From the human T2T-CHM13v2.0 reference genome, Homo sapiens, in assembly GCF_009914755.1 (NCBI RefSeq), contig NC_060927.1: a stretch of DNA of 64,000 nt. The stretch is one strand, 5' to 3'. How positions within the stretch are numbered: the first letter of the stretch is position 1; each line of letters starts with the position of its first letter. The notes beneath the pieces are model-generated. The model had not been told where the DNA came from and searched no databases. It was given only the letters and a program-made list of their open reading frames with translations. Of this stretch, positions 37,386 to 51,950 are shown piece after piece. The translations under genes and the position numbers were made by a program.

Positions 37386-39647
37386 ATGAATGCTCATTTG
37401 TTATACTTTGTATCTTCTACAAAATCTAGTAAAGAGATAGGCAAGTGGTGATATTCTTTACAGGAGAGCTTTATACATTACCTGTGATTAAATCAATAAT
37501 ATGTATTTCTTCATTTAAAATATTGTGCAAATTACATTATTTCTCTTTACTGAATTTTGCTTGAAGCACTGAATGTGACAATTTTAGTATTTCAGAGGAT
37601 AAAAACAGCCCATGTCTGACTGAAGAAATTCAAAGAAATTAGTGCTCCTTAACAACAAAAAAAGTGGGGTTATAGAGAGTGAAAATAAACTTTAAAAATT
37701 CTAAAAGGCAGAATCACTAAGAGAACTTTGATTTAACAGAAAAAAGTGTGATTTAGAAAAGAGCACTTTTGAAGGTATGAATGGTCTAAGCACTGAGTTG
37801 TGTTCCTCTAGGTAATTATAGAGGATTATAAATTTTTTTTAACAAGAGCAACTCAAGGGGAGCAGAGATTGGGTCTTTTAATTTTGTGCCACCGGTGCTA
37901 AATACAACTAAGCTCAGTGGGAAAGGAAGAAGACAGTGGGCCTCTGGCCCAGGCATCATACTCACCCAGGGCCTCCAATGGGCCAACACATTGAATCACA
38001 GAGATATTCCGAGAGGTCAGAGAGAAGACATAGTGTTCCAGTACCATGCCATGCTACCTGGACGGCCCTGCAAATTGAAAATTGTATAACTATATTTTTA
38101 TATAGATAGTCATATAGCATTATATTGTGGGTATATATTTATAGCACTAGTGTGTTAGGTGTAATCATTTTAAATATAAAACAATTTTGATAACTCTCTT
38201 TTAAAGCTTTTTTAACAAATGAGGAGCCTCAAAATATGAAAGCGACTGGGCTTTGTCTGACCTTTGAGAGGCATTTATCATGGATTAACAAATTGGAAAT
38301 GCTGAAAATCCCCTTATAGGGTTTGTTGATTTGCAGATTATTTACTGGGAAATGTAATTGAGCAATGCTGCGACTGGCCTGCTACTTGTGATTATGGGGG
38401 CCTCCCAGGGGATCATATTAATACCAAAATTACTTAGCTTTTTATTAATCAATTATGGGCTTCTTTATTTAGGGGATGCAGAGAGTTTGCAGCAGTAGAA
38501 AATCCACTAGGGTTTTAAAATTTCTTATTAAATCTTCTAAGGGATTTTTCCAAAATGTAGTTAATAACAGAGTTCTATGACATGATAAGCTAAGGAAAAG
38601 CAAAGTATACCATTTGTAATTCTAAAAGAAAATTATGGGTAACTTAACTCCAAAAGCAATGATAATTAGAATAGCAAGAGGTGTGAGATAGAGTGAATTA
38701 AATACTTTGGGCATTTTGTGGTTATTTTGGAGAAATCGTTACCTTCTTTAATCATTTAGATTGTGTGTGCTGGGAATGCACTGGTGATTAGGGGTTTGAT
38801 AGAGGTCTAATTCGACTCTGGATGTCAACAGGATCACAACACTAGATAGTAAATATTGCCTGTTAACTGATGATACCTGTGTAACTTAAAATGTCTTACA
38901 AGTTGCGTCTTGGACCTCATCAATATATTTATGCTAATAAACTCATTTGTGGGAGGGAACATCATGAATTTCTCTTTGGTAGTTTATTTAATTTTCTCTC
39001 TTTGATTTTTTTTTCAGCTCTCTAATTCTTTCCAGTCCAGATGGACTAAGATATAAACATTGAAACTGGCGTTTCTGTTTGCCTGTTTGCATGCTTTAGA
39101 AAGGCTAGCCTTTTTGGTTGATTAATATCAATGTAACAGGAAAATAGTTGGTTGGTCCAGTGGTTAATACAACTTTCCTGAGTTAACGGTATCACTGCAC
39201 ACTGATTAGACCATCCAAGATACATAGAGGGAAGAACCTGGTACTGGGGAAAAGGGAGGGAGTCATTCGTGTCATCAATATGCTTTGAGCCTAGTATGTG
39301 CCTGATGTATTAGGGCACCAGATGCCCTGGGTGTGTCATCTTACCTGTTACATGGCCAGTCCAAACAGTTGCTAAACTCAACTCTCGGTGTTCACTGGGA
39401 AGCTGCAAGTTCAAAGTTGGGTTTGAAATTATTTAAATTAAGGGAAAATCATGTGAATGACCAAAAAAAATTCTCATATGAATTTCCAAAACCTAAAATT
39501 ATATTAAAATATGTTAAGTCTTATGAATGATGTAACTACCTTAAAGTAAGTTAGCATTTTAAAAGCTGTTTGCTATTTATAGCACAGATACTATCATTTG
39601 CAGTAGAAAAGTGGCTTGTTCTTTAGTGCCTAGAAAATCGACCAAAG

Positions 39648-40395
39648 CATTAGAGAAATGCAAATCAAAACCATAATAAGACACCATCTCCTGCCAGTTA
39701 GAATGGTGATTATTAAAAAGTCAGGAAACAACTGATGCTGGAGAGGATGTAGAGAAATACGAATGCTTTTACACTGTTGGTGGGAGTGTAAATTAGTTCA
39801 ACCGTTGTGGAAGACAGTGTGGCTATTCCTCAGGGATCTAGAACTAGAAATACCATTTGACCTGGCAATCCCATTACTGGGTATATACCCAAAGGATTAT
39901 AAATCATTTTACTATAAACATATATGCACACGTAAGCTTATTGAAGCACTATTTGCAATAGCAAAGACTTGGGACCAACCCAAGTGCCCGTCAATGACAG
40001 ACTGGATAAAGAAAATGTGGCACATATACACCATGGAATACTATTCAGCCATAAAAAAGAATGAGTTCGTGTCCTTTGCAGGGACATGGATGAAGCTGGG
40101 AGCCATCATTCTCAGCAAACTAACACAGGAACAGAAAACCAAATACCACATGTTCTCACTCATAAGTGGGAGTTGAACAATGAGAACACATGGACACAGG
40201 GAGGGGAACATCACACACCAGGGCCTGTCGGGGGATGGGGGTCAAGGGGAGGGAGAGCATTAGGACAAATACCTAATGCACGTGGGGCTTAAAACCTAGA
40301 TGACAGGTTGATAGGTGCAGCAAACCACCCTGGCACACGTATACCTATGTTAGAAACCTGCACGTTCTGCACATGTATCCCAGAACGTAAAGTAA
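39648..40395 (+). mobile_element. L1PA (about PA7/8), 5'-truncated, with the ORF2 C-terminus still open
   Basis: ORF 39763-40176 [50 protein letters not shown] is the L1 ORF2p C-terminal domain; 12-bp TSD aatcgaccaaag at 39636 and 40611. Confidence 0.97.
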
Positions 40396-40506
40396 AAAAA
40401 GAAAAAAAGAAAAGACAGAGAGAGAGAGAGAAAGAAAAAGAAAGAAGAAAGAAAGAAAAAAGGAAGAAAGAGAAAGAGAAAGAAAGAAAGAAAAAGAAAG
40501 AAAGGA

Positions 40507-40574
<68 letters not shown>

Positions 40575-40610
40575 GATAGGAAAGGAAGGAAAGAAGGAAG
40601 GTAGGAAGTC
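40396..40610. repeat. (GAAA)n microsatellite/purine tract from the L1 poly-A tail
   Basis: Uninterrupted (gaaa)n run at about 40505-40573 within a ~215-bp near-pure purine tract. Confidence 0.95.
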
Positions 40611-43600
40611 AATCGACCAAAGTGGAAAGATGTGATTACACATGTAGTGGGGAAAACATAAACCATGGATTTCTTAGAAATTTTAGGAAATAGAGACTAG
40701 AAGTGGAGTGACTGCACATATTTATCTATTCTAGTGGTCAAAAACTAAATGCACTTAAGGCAACAATATCAATGTATACATACACGTAAAACAGACAGGA
40801 ATTGACCCATGACTTGGAAGACTCAGCCTCACCCACCTCACCCTAATCCAGGTCCTGAATAACAGGTTCCCAGTCCCATAACCTCTGACAACCATTTCCG
40901 TCCCCCATCTCTGACAAATGAGGCTTGGGTTGGGTTGGAGGGTAGTCCCAGAATCCTGAGCTGGACTGGGGACTTACTGCCTACAGCCGTACTATGTTGC
41001 CCACCAGGGGAAATACTAGAAACGGGGTCCTCAGAAAATGATAGGTGAGAACCAGAGTAAACAGCCCAGATGGGGTCATTTTCCAAATGGAGCTAAAGGT
41101 AGAAAGGCAGCCAAGGTATAAAGTTAAAGAGACAAAGGCTGCTGCTGAATGAGGAGGAGGGGAGATTAGCCTGCAATATTCCTGAGTCATCTGTGGACAT
41201 CTGCAGTCTTTTCTTATCCATTTTCCACGGCTGCTGTGAGAGCTCCATCAGCTTTGAAGTTATGGCCAGAGACAAACCATTTATGTGTTTTTGGCACTTC
41301 TAATCATCTGACAAGACACACAGCCAAACCCGTGTACTTTTCCCCATTGTAGTCAGCCTTATGCTACCTTTAATTCAGTCTTGAGGCAAGTGAGTTCAAG
41401 ATACTTCCATAAGTGGATGACCCAGAGTGTGAGATCCCCAGTGAGGAGGACACTTGCTACTGGGTTGAAAATCACCCCTTAGAAGAGCCTCCATGTCCGC
41501 CCCCCAAAAAGGCTGAGTGACCTACCCAGAGAAACTGGTAGAGCTGTGAGTCAAGGCCATGATGGCTATTAAGGGACAGTTTGAAAGCTAGACAAACAGC
41601 TTTCGAATAGCAAACAGCTTTCAAAATGCTGACTTAAGAAAATTACATCCTTCGTAAGACTTAAGGTTCAACAAGATTAGCAGTCCCCTGAACAACAAAA
41701 AAACAATTTCTTCTATGCATTTTCAAAACCCACCTGATTCCAAAGCTGAGGCTTTTTCTATTGAGCATGAAGATCAGGTAAAAACAGGATCAGGGAAGTC
41801 CCATTCAGAAGAGTTTCTGCACACATGTCGTTAGCTCCACCACCACAATCACCACCAACTTCGCAGGGGCACATTTCCCTAGGATACTTTGTCCAATGAG
41901 CAAATCAATCTGAAAACAAAAGCCCCTTGTGGAAATGTTCATTACTAAGAGGTTTTCTGCTCTTTACGATGAAAACTGAGAAAGTTGACGCTCCAGTTTC
42001 CAAATCAGCCTTGATCAATTTCTGCATAATAGTCTGGGTAGAAGGTACAAATGAAGGGTGGGGGGGCAGGGAAAGCAATATTTTTTATTACTTGCATTTG
42101 TTTAATTTCTCAGGATACTATTATTAATAGACTGTACTTTTAGGAGAAGCAAATTCACTTTATACAGTGTTTAAGGAATATTGTATATGTAGGATCAAAT
42201 GAGGGGAAAGGATAGTTTTGCCAAAGGCAACTGTTATCAAGGTTCTGAAATTAATTGGATGCTTTAATTGAGGTAGATTACTAGCTAATGCTTGCTTGAA
42301 TACAGTAATTCTCCTATTAAATTATCTTTGAATAATTACCTGAAATTTCTCAGCTGCAGGGACTGATGGCTATTTAATTGCACAGTGATGTTGCTATATA
42401 ATTACTTAACAAGGTGTCCTGTAATAGTTTAATTCCCCTTTTACTGAAAAAAAGTGTATGATAAAGTAACTACAAATACTCCTTTCATAAAAAATAAATT
42501 GCCATAGTTTTTTCTTCAAAGATTATTTGTTATTTTAAAGTAAATTAAATTATTTCTAAATTTTTTATTTATAATTCAAGTATTGATGCTCTTTTAATAG
42601 AATAGAGGCTCTCTAACATATAATACATTAGGTAACATTTCAAAGGATTGGAATTGTCATTTAAAATGTTTACTTATCAATAACATTTTATGTCTTATTG
42701 TTAAATAAGACACCACCCCTTTCTCTTCATTTTTATTATTTTAATTTCAAGGTTCTCAAATTAAGTATATAGACATTAAATAATGAAATACTTTTAAAAT
42801 GTGGCCATATGTTACATGACAATGATATTACAGACAATTAAATACATTTCTTAGGATTTTTAAATAAACAATCTACAAAGTAGGTACTTTCCACCAAGAC
42901 ATCAATTTATTAGCATTTAGGATATTGCCACAGATGTTATTGGCATGTCAATGACGAATATCAATAAATATCATCTGACTCTTAATCAGGTTAATCTAAT
43001 TGACCCCTATAGTAAGCATAATCTGATACAAAAGTCAAAAGCAAAGGACACACATTTTGACAATTTTTCTTTCTTATGTAACTTGGTGATATAAAACTAG
43101 TAAAATAATCAGGAGGTCATGGCTGATTGGGATGACTAAAAGAGAAAATTATTGTCAGTGCACTGCCAGTTTTAGCATATTAAATATAGTTCTAGAATTT
43201 GTCCTAGAATAGTTTTATATTGTATACATTACTTTAATGCAGAATAAAATGCTTGTTAAGCTGGATAATACCAAAAATTGATTGGAAAAAATTAAAATTG
43301 AAAATTATTTTGATAAATTAAGAGAATGGATTACATTTACAAGATGAGGCTTGACAGATTCAAAGCAATTTTATTCACATAGGGAGGATAGATGAGAATG
43401 TTCTATTTCCAGCACAGCAAAAACAGTACTGAGTCATTGTGAAAAACTAGCCAACTGTGAGAGCTCATATAAGGTCTTTTTTTCCTAAATAAATCTAATA
43501 CTGAAATGCATAGATGGGAATGTAAAATATGGAAATCTCACCATCCTAAGCATTGGTTGGGACTGAACCGGTGAAGACAAAGCCAGTTTCCGATTTTGTT

Positions 43601-44669
43601 TTTAAATCACAGCTCACAGATGTAATATATGCATCACATGGGTTAAAAAAAAACAACTTTTCAGTATCTGCAGGTTATTTGTCCTGGCTCCAGTATAAAC
43701 AGTTTCATCCTACTGAGAATACAATTTTTGGATTAGGTGAAAATATAGAACAGAATACACTTTTTGATTATTGTGCAAGGAATGTAAGAAATGGAGAAGC
43801 TCCATACTTTGATGAAATTATCCTCATCTATTATAGCTACAGATGGACAAGTTGCCTGAGAAGTATACCAGACAGGGAAATGTACCGTGTGATGTTAGAA
43901 GATTTTCCAGTGTGCCAGAAGTCCATAATCCAACAGCCTTTTCCTATGGAAGTGGGTGGAATGAATTTTGCAGCTGAGTGAAAACTGGGTATCAGCCAGG
44001 AAATCTTTGAAATCTTTAAGATGGAGTTCTGAAATTCTGAGGAAGCAGAGGCAAGATGTTTGATTATTCCAGCCTTTTGGCCACTTAAACAACATTTCAA
44101 AGCCAAGGCCAACAGAAACCAGTTCCTACAGAGTGTCAGTAAGAGAGAACGTGGTGATGTGGCTGAGGATGGGATCATGGTGTGATGGATATGGTGGAGA
44201 TTGAAGTAGGGAGATGCAGAAATGAAGGGATGTTCTTGATGATCCCTAAAATGTTGTGTACCCCAAGATCCGACCCTTTGGATGATCATGAATATTATGG
44301 TCACTCTTCAGGTTTTCATTTTATTTTTTTGCCAATATCTTTTTGCCTTTACCTGAATGGTCACTCTTTTGTGATCCATGTCACTTTTGTATACTTCTGG
44401 TTTTGAGGACAGACTGCCAAAAGGCAATATGAGTCTGCCACTAACCAATGAGTAAAAGGGAAGTGGATAAAGTACTATTTCTGGGATGCATTCTCTCCAC
44501 ATTGCAGACACCTGGCCAAGCCTATGCTGTGTTTGTGTGTATGACACACCCTCTCAAGCAGCTGTCCCACTAAGATGCAAGGGCAGTATTAGTCAAGACA
44601 CAACATAACCATCCTGAGACAGTGGGCCCATTTGCACTGTGTACACTTGAATAATTCATTTTTCTCTTA

Positions 44670-45016
<347 letters not shown>

Positions 45017-45974
45017 CCCTAGCTACAGCAATTTCCTGTAGACACTACAATTTCTTATTTTTCCAAACAACAATTGTGGATAAATTTTTCTTTTTTCATT
45101 CAGGAAGTATATCATGTGCTTTACCAGGAAATATAGTATCATTATCTTTTTTGGAGGTCTTTATTTTATTTATTTAAAGTTGGAGCTCTATTCCAATAAC
45201 ATGATTTAATCAATGGGTGTGGTAGTCTAACACCACTATTGTGTTTGACTTCAGAATCAACTATGTTCATTTTTAAAAATAGATGTAGTCCTTGAATAAA
45301 ATGAATAGTCTGATTAATTAAAAATGTACTTCTTTTTTTTGTATGGCTTTTCCTCAGATGGAAACATGTATCTCAGAAGTAATTATACAGGAAATCTTCC
45401 CTCTACTCACATATCCGCTCACTCCTAAAATAAAATAAAATAAGATTTCTTCATGTGGTTCCAGAAGGAAAGTGGTATCATCTCTGTTCCTTGTCTCAAT
45501 AATGCATCTTCTGCCAAAAGACAAATGTCAAATTAAATGAGCAAGACGAAATAGAAATGTCTTTATTAGGAGCAAGCTGCTTTGTCCTGCAGGGTATAGA
45601 TGTGTGTTTACAGTAGTGTCACTCACTGTTCAGTGACTGAGATCAATTCTTCATTGGGATTCACATTTTGACCATAAATGAGAGACCACAATTAGGTCGA
45701 ACTTTGATCAATTTTCCTGCCAACAGATCTGGAATCACATTTTAAGCCTGATCTGAGCTCATGTTCTTCCTTTATTTCAGCACAAAAGCTTGGGACCACA
45801 GCATCATTGAATCATCCTTGAAATCATTTGTGTTTCACTAGTGATGTGAGATATGGCAATTCTTTCATTTCACAAACTAGATGGGCTTTTTTTTTTTTTT
45901 TCACTTTCATCTAAGTAGAATTACCTAACCTTTCATGGCCTTGTTCTCTCGTCTGCAGACCTAGAGTTTTAGAC

Positions 45975-46156
45975 TGTGAATTCCCAACTTCATTGTGTTT
46001 AATAATCACCTGGGAGCTTTAAAACTGCATTTTCCTAGGTTTCACCACCTGTGATTTTGGATCAGTTGAGTGGGGGCGGGGCTCAGGCATCTGCATTTTT
46101 AACAAGCTCCCCAGGTGATTCTGATACAGGCAGATTATACTTTGGTGAACATGGCT
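45975..46156. mobile_element. MER5A/B within a MIR remnant
   Basis: aatcacctgggagcttt..gctcaggcatctgcatttttaacaagctccccaggtgattctgat. Confidence 0.8.
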
Positions 46157-46260
46157 ATAGATGATCTCTGAGGTCTTTTCCAGATTTTTACCTCCGCAGT
46201 CATTTGATGAAATCCTAGAGTGGGAAGTTCTCCTAAAGAGTAAATGGAATTATGTATAAA

Positions 46261-46340
46261 TTGATTGAGCAACAGAGATGAGATAGTATGTCAGGTATGA
46301 GATAGTATGTTGATTGAGCAACAGAGATGAGGTAGTATGT
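46261..46340. repeat. Complex short duplication
   Basis: ttgattgagcaacagagatgag(a/g)tagtatgt at 46261 and 46310, with a partial third copy (atgagatagtatg) between them. Confidence 0.9.
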
Positions 46341-46400
46341 TAGTATATTAAACAACTAACGTTTGTTGGGCATTTTTAGAGTTTCAGCAAGCCTTATTTT

Positions 46401-46800
<400 letters not shown>

Positions 46801-46891
46801 ATAGCCTGAAAAGGGTGCTCTAGGTGGAGAGAGTAGAAGGAACAGAGGCTCAGTTCTGTTAAAACTCAATAATAATTCAAGATATCAAGTG

Positions 46892-47664
46892 GTTGGCTTA
46901 TTTCAGTTAGCATATCTTCCAGGTTCGTCCTTCTTGTTGCAGATGATAGATTTTACCCCATTTAAGGCTGAATAGTATTCTTTTGTGTGTGTGTACCCTA
47001 TTTTTTAAATCTACTCATCTGATGATGGACACTTAGGTTGGTTCCATAACTTAACTATTGTGAATAGTGCTCGTTAAACATGGGAGTGCAGATAGCTCTT
47101 CAAAATACTGATTTCAATTCATTAAAGCCAAGCACAGAAGATCAATACCACAGGATCTCACCTATATGTGGAATCTAAAAACGTTGAGCTCATAGAAGTA
47201 AAGAGTAGGATGATAGTTATCAGAGGCTAAGGGAGGGGAGTGGATGGGAAAAAGGGAAATATTGATCAAAGGATCCAAAATTTCAGTTAGACAGGAGAAA
47301 TAAGCTTTAGTGATCTATTGCACAGAATGGTGACTGTAATAAATAATAATGCTTTGTATATTTCAAAATTGCTAAGAAGAGTAGATTTTAAATGTTTCCA
47401 TCACAAAAAATGATAGGTATGTGAGGTTATGGATTTGTTAATTAGCCAAATTTAATCATTCCACATTGAAAACATATATCAAACATCACGTTCCCAAATG
47501 ATCATTGAATAAATATTACATTTATTATATATGTAGTACAATAAATATTATAATTATAATAAGTAAATATTACACTTATATAAGTATAATATAAATATTA
47601 AAATTACATTATAATAATTGTATATACAATTATTGTTTGGCAATTAGAAATAACATCCTTTAAA
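46892..47664 (+). mobile_element. L1MA 3' end with a 5' inversion
   Basis: 46892-47120 is antisense L1 (tggcttatttcagttagcata..aaggctgaatagtattc..gatggacacttaggttg); 47121 onward is sense (aagccaagcacagaa..gtggaatctaaaa..tatttcaaaattgctaag); degenerate TSD aagatatcaagtg / aagaatagcaagtg. Confidence 0.88.
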
Positions 47665-47879
47665 AAGAATAGCAAGTGCTCCCATGCCTGGGGCCCTAGT
47701 CCCACTTTGGGAAAAGTGTGAGGAAAGAGGCAGGAGGAAAGGAGAAAGGATGGTGAGAAAGTTTAGACAAAGCTGAAAAGGTAGCTCATGGTCTAGTTTA
47801 TTAAAGTACTTGGATGTTAGAGAATTGGGGGATTTTTTTACTTTTTACTTTTTTCTTTTCATTATACAGTCAAACTCAA

Positions 47880-48700
47880 ACTATAGCCCCAAATAAGGCC
47901 AGCTGTATTTATAATGCATGTATCTTTTATTAACCAATAATTCCACTCCTGAAATGTTAAGTTCACAAGCAGAAACAGGCATTAGAAGATATGTACAAGG
48001 CAATTTCTCACAGTTATTTGTGATGCTAAGGAAAGTTTTGCAATAAATTTTTGTGTATGCACATAATGGAACATCATTTAGCCATTAAAATATTTTAGAA
48101 AAATACTTAATGATGCGAAAATGCTCATGATACAATGTCAACACTTTAAAAACAGGTTATCAAGCAATATACACACTAGAATTCTAATTTTGTGAAATAT
48201 GCATATATAGGTATATGGTTATGTATGTGTATTGAAAAGGCTGAAGCATTAGCAGGGTTTTAACAGAAAGTTGGATGCTTATGCATGATTTTTATTTTTG
48301 CGTTAGTCTGTTTGGACTGCTATAACAAAATATTATAGACTAGGTGGCTTTTAAATATTTAGCATCATTTCTCACAGTTCTGGAGACTGGAAGGCCCAAA
48401 ATCAAAGCACCAGCAAATTTGGTATCTCATGAGGGCCCAGCCCTCATAGATGGCACATTGTATCTGTGTCCTCATATGTTGGAAGGGGCCACTTAGCTCT
48501 CTGGGACTTCTTTCTAAGGGCAGAGCCCTTATGACCTAATCAACTTCCAAAAGGCCCCACCTGTTACTACTGTCGCCTTGGGTTTCAACTTATGAATTTG
48601 GGAGAGACACCAATATTCAGACCCTTGAAATTTTCTTTATATTTTTCCATGTTTTACAAATTATTCTCTTTGAATTAGTGTTATATTTTATTTTATGAAA
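47880..48700 (+). mobile_element. Ancient L1ME-like 3' fragment, interrupted by an MLT1 LTR
   Basis: caataattccactcctga..atatgtacaagg..ataatggaacatcatttagccattaaaa..aaaatgctcatgata. Confidence 0.55.
48299..48629 (-). mobile_element. MLT1A-like solo LTR (ERVL-MaLR)
   Basis: tgcgttagtctgtttggactgctataacaaaata..tttctcacagttctggagactggaag..atgacctaatca..tatgaatttggg..attcagacc; TSD atttt at 48294 and 48630. Confidence 0.88.
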
Positions 48701-48742
48701 TAAGTGCAATAAAGTATATTGTTTAGAAATGTTTCAGTGTGA

Positions 48743-49046
<304 letters not shown>

Positions 49047-49744
49047 TCAGTGTGAGTTAAAGCAAATAAGATTTTCTAATAACCAAGGCAATTAATTAGT
49101 AAACCCCATTTTTGTGCACCCAGTTAGATGCAATGATTTCAGTTTTCCTGTGTAATTGCTTCAACATCATTCCAAAGTGCCTTTATTTTGGGCAGCACTC
49201 ACCTGTATGGAAATTTAGGAAGATAGTGTTGTGTTCATAGTTGATGGGAAGATTGATAGTGTTTCCTCACCCTGATGAGAATTCAATGATGTGGTGCCAT
49301 GCCATGGCACAATAGTGTATATGTCATGGGCTTAGGAATTACCTTTTATCAGGGCAGAGATGGTGAAGCAATTAGATTGTTTCTTCATTCTCTTTTGGTT
49401 GGGCAATGTAGAAAGCAACTGTGGCAGTGGTAACAGGCCATTTATACAACTTCATAGGCCACCTGTGGTCAAGCCAAATCAGTATTCACTGAAAAAAGGA
49501 ATTAATTATTCTTTACAAAATCATCGTCCCTTAAATTTTAAGGAACTTTGCTCAAGAGTTACTAGCACTTGTAGTCTAGGTATATTTTTGAAGCATATGA
49601 CAATTGTGTGGATGAAAGAGTGATAATGTGCTTGTAGACAATAGAATCTTTGGAGTTGGAAAGTGTGGTGCCATTCATTCTGGTGACAGGATTCTGGGTG
49701 TGTTCTCTGAAGCTGCTCCATAGTGTTAGTCATGTGTAGGTAAA

Positions 49745-50110
49745 TAATAAAAATGGCAAACCCATTCAGTGCTTACTATGTGCCCTAAGTGTTAACTTGT
49801 CATATATTCACAGTGACCACCATGATGTAGGTAACATTATTATCCCCATTATACCTGTGAAGAAACTAAAGACATGGCGAGGTTTAGAAACTTGTCCAAG
49901 GTCACATAATCAGCATTACTTAGTGTCTTGCATGTGACAGGCACTAGTACCTCAGATCAGCATGCTGAAGCATTGTACTATAAGCACCTTGCAGATTTTA
50001 ACTTCAAGCCTTACCACAATCCTGAGATGTATCAATATGTCCATTAATCAGATGAGGAAACTGAGGCTCATTTTAAGAGACCATACAATACCTAAGAGAG
50101 AAGTGCCAGG
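49745..50110 (-). mobile_element. Two adjacent MIR fragments
   Basis: agtgcttactatgtgcc..attattatccccatt..cttgtccaaggtcaca; and cagatgaggaaactgaggctca. Confidence 0.75.
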
Positions 50111-50289
50111 TGGGAAGAAGCAATGTGTAAGTGGCACCTGTTCTTTCTACCCTGAGTTACCTTTTCCTCTGCTCCTTGCTCTTCACAGCCCTCCATAATA
50201 TGATTGTTCTACCCTTTAAAAGTCTGGTCCAAAGATAGATTTAGACACCATCAAGAAACACTTTTCTACGGCTCAGGCAAGAAGAGGAG

Positions 50290-50530
50290 TTCACGTCTCT
50301 AGAGTCAGACAGAAATTGTTGAATCCCAACTCTGCCACTTATTGGTGGTTTGACTTTAGGAAGGTTTCTTAATTTCTCAAGGCCTCATTTTCCCCAACTG
50401 TAAAGTGAAGATTACAGTGATATGTCATAGAGTTACAGTGAGGATTAAATAAAATCATTTTAATAAAGCACTTAACAAAGTGCTTGGTATATTTCAAGTA
50501 CTCATTAAATAGCAACAGTAATAACAATAA
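50290..50530 (+). mobile_element. MIR
   Basis: agagtcagacaga..gaatcccaactctgccactta..gcctcattttccccaactgtaaagtg..gtgaggattaaat..aaagcactta. Confidence 0.85.
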
Positions 50531-51129
50531 CAGAAAGGATGTTGTTTTTAAGGGAATTCATCACCAGATCAGTATCAAACTGTGCTCCATGAATCAGTAG
50601 TTTCTTGAAATAATAATGGAACTGTCTAAAAAGGAGAAAGAGGGTCATAAAGCAAAATAAAAGTAGAAAACTCTGGTTTAAACAAAATTAAACAAGATTT
50701 TTATTGTAGAACTCTTATAAGCCTTTAATAGCCAATATATTGGTAGAGCTATAAGAGGGCAATAGAGAAGGCAAGATTTCCTAATCCATTTGAATAGTTC
50801 TATTTTTCTGGGGGGTCCATTAAGTCCTGGGGACTCTTTGGGAATCCCTCTACTGGACAAAATCCTGAGTATCCATTACATTTTTCCGAGAAGTAGGGAA
50901 TTCTATTATGCTTCCCCATCAGAGATTTTGAAATAGAGATGAAAATAGTATATTCTATCATTTTCAAATTTGTGTAACATCCCATGTGCTTAAAAAATAC
51001 TCCTAGGGCTTTAGGAAAAGTGGGGTTGATTCCAGTAATAATTAATATTAACTAAAATAGACCCACAAACTATCAAAAACCACAAGTTTAATAACATGAA
51101 ACATGTATGTAGCAGTACTGAACCACTAC

Positions 51130-51420
51130 CCAACCCTCTCCTCAACCTGGAACGTTCTTCTCTACTCTGACCGTTCCAACCCTGCTTACCTGGTTAACTC
51201 CTAGGCATTCTCCAGGCTCACTGCAGATGCCATCTCTGCCAGCAAGTCTGTTCTGTATAAGATGCCCCGTAGCCCATGTATTTGCCCCGTCACAGCACCA
51301 CACCAAAATGGCAACACGTTGATGGCAGAAACAATGTCCTCTTCACTATTGAGTCCCAGGGACTCACATAGCACATGGCACAGGATCAGTGCCAAATAGA
51401 CTTTAGTGAGCTGAATCTCA
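51130..51420 (+). mobile_element. L2 3' region
   Basis: acctggaacgttcttc..cttacctggttaactcct..cacatagcacatggcacagga.. Confidence 0.5.
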
Positions 51421-51796
51421 GCACAAAGGGCAAAGCTAGAGTTGGAGATGGGAAGAGAGAATCCTACATGGGGGAAAAAAAAGGGAGAGGCTCTGGGGAG
51501 CAGAGGCCTGATGGATAACGCATGCAGGATGGGCTTCAGGTTGCAAAGTTGGTAATAGCAGCGAATATCCTCGTAACCCTGGGGAATCAATAAGGAAGGG
51601 GCCCTTGAGGGTGCCAAATAGAGGGTCTCAACTTTGCTTTGCACCACCTTTTTTAACCTCAGCTGTTTCTATGTAATCAGTTAGTATGTGCAGGAATTTT
51701 TGTCCTACACAAGTGCATTTATTTGCATATCGCTAGAAACAACACTAGTGAAAGTCAACAATGCTTTGCATAATTTATGTTTCTTTAGAAAATATG

Positions 51797-51950
51797 AGCT
51801 GGGTGTGATGGCTTATGCCTGTAATCCTAGCACTTTGGGAGGCCAAGGCAGGAAGATCACTTGAGGCCGAGAGTTCAACACTCAGCAACATAGTGAGACC
51901 TTGTCTCAAGAAATAAATGAATAAATAAATAAAAATAAAATAAATATAAA
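51797..51950 (+). mobile_element. FLAM / free left Alu monomer
   Basis: Single monomer gctgggtgtgatggcttatgcctgtaatcc..caacatagtgagaccttgtctc followed directly by a (TAAA)n tail. Confidence 0.85.

Noticed and set aside
39763-40176. 137-aa ORF with clear protein character
   Set aside because: It is the C-terminus of L1 ORF2p in a 5'-truncated element with no promoter; annotated as a mobile element
40289-40666. K/E/R-rich and F/S/L-rich ORFs (also 23231-23507)
   Set aside because: Translations of (GAAA/GGAA)n tails
40790-41290. GC-richer segment, possibly an old LTR, with a partial CTCF-like ccaccagggg
   Set aside because: Could not match a family or find termini/TSD; the motif lacks the GGC 3' part
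43553-44304. Overlapping antisense ORFs of 142 and 155 aa in unique DNA
   Set aside because: Both start at non-ATG codons, with no recognisable homology and no convincing exon boundaries; would need PhyloCSF or Ribo-seq support
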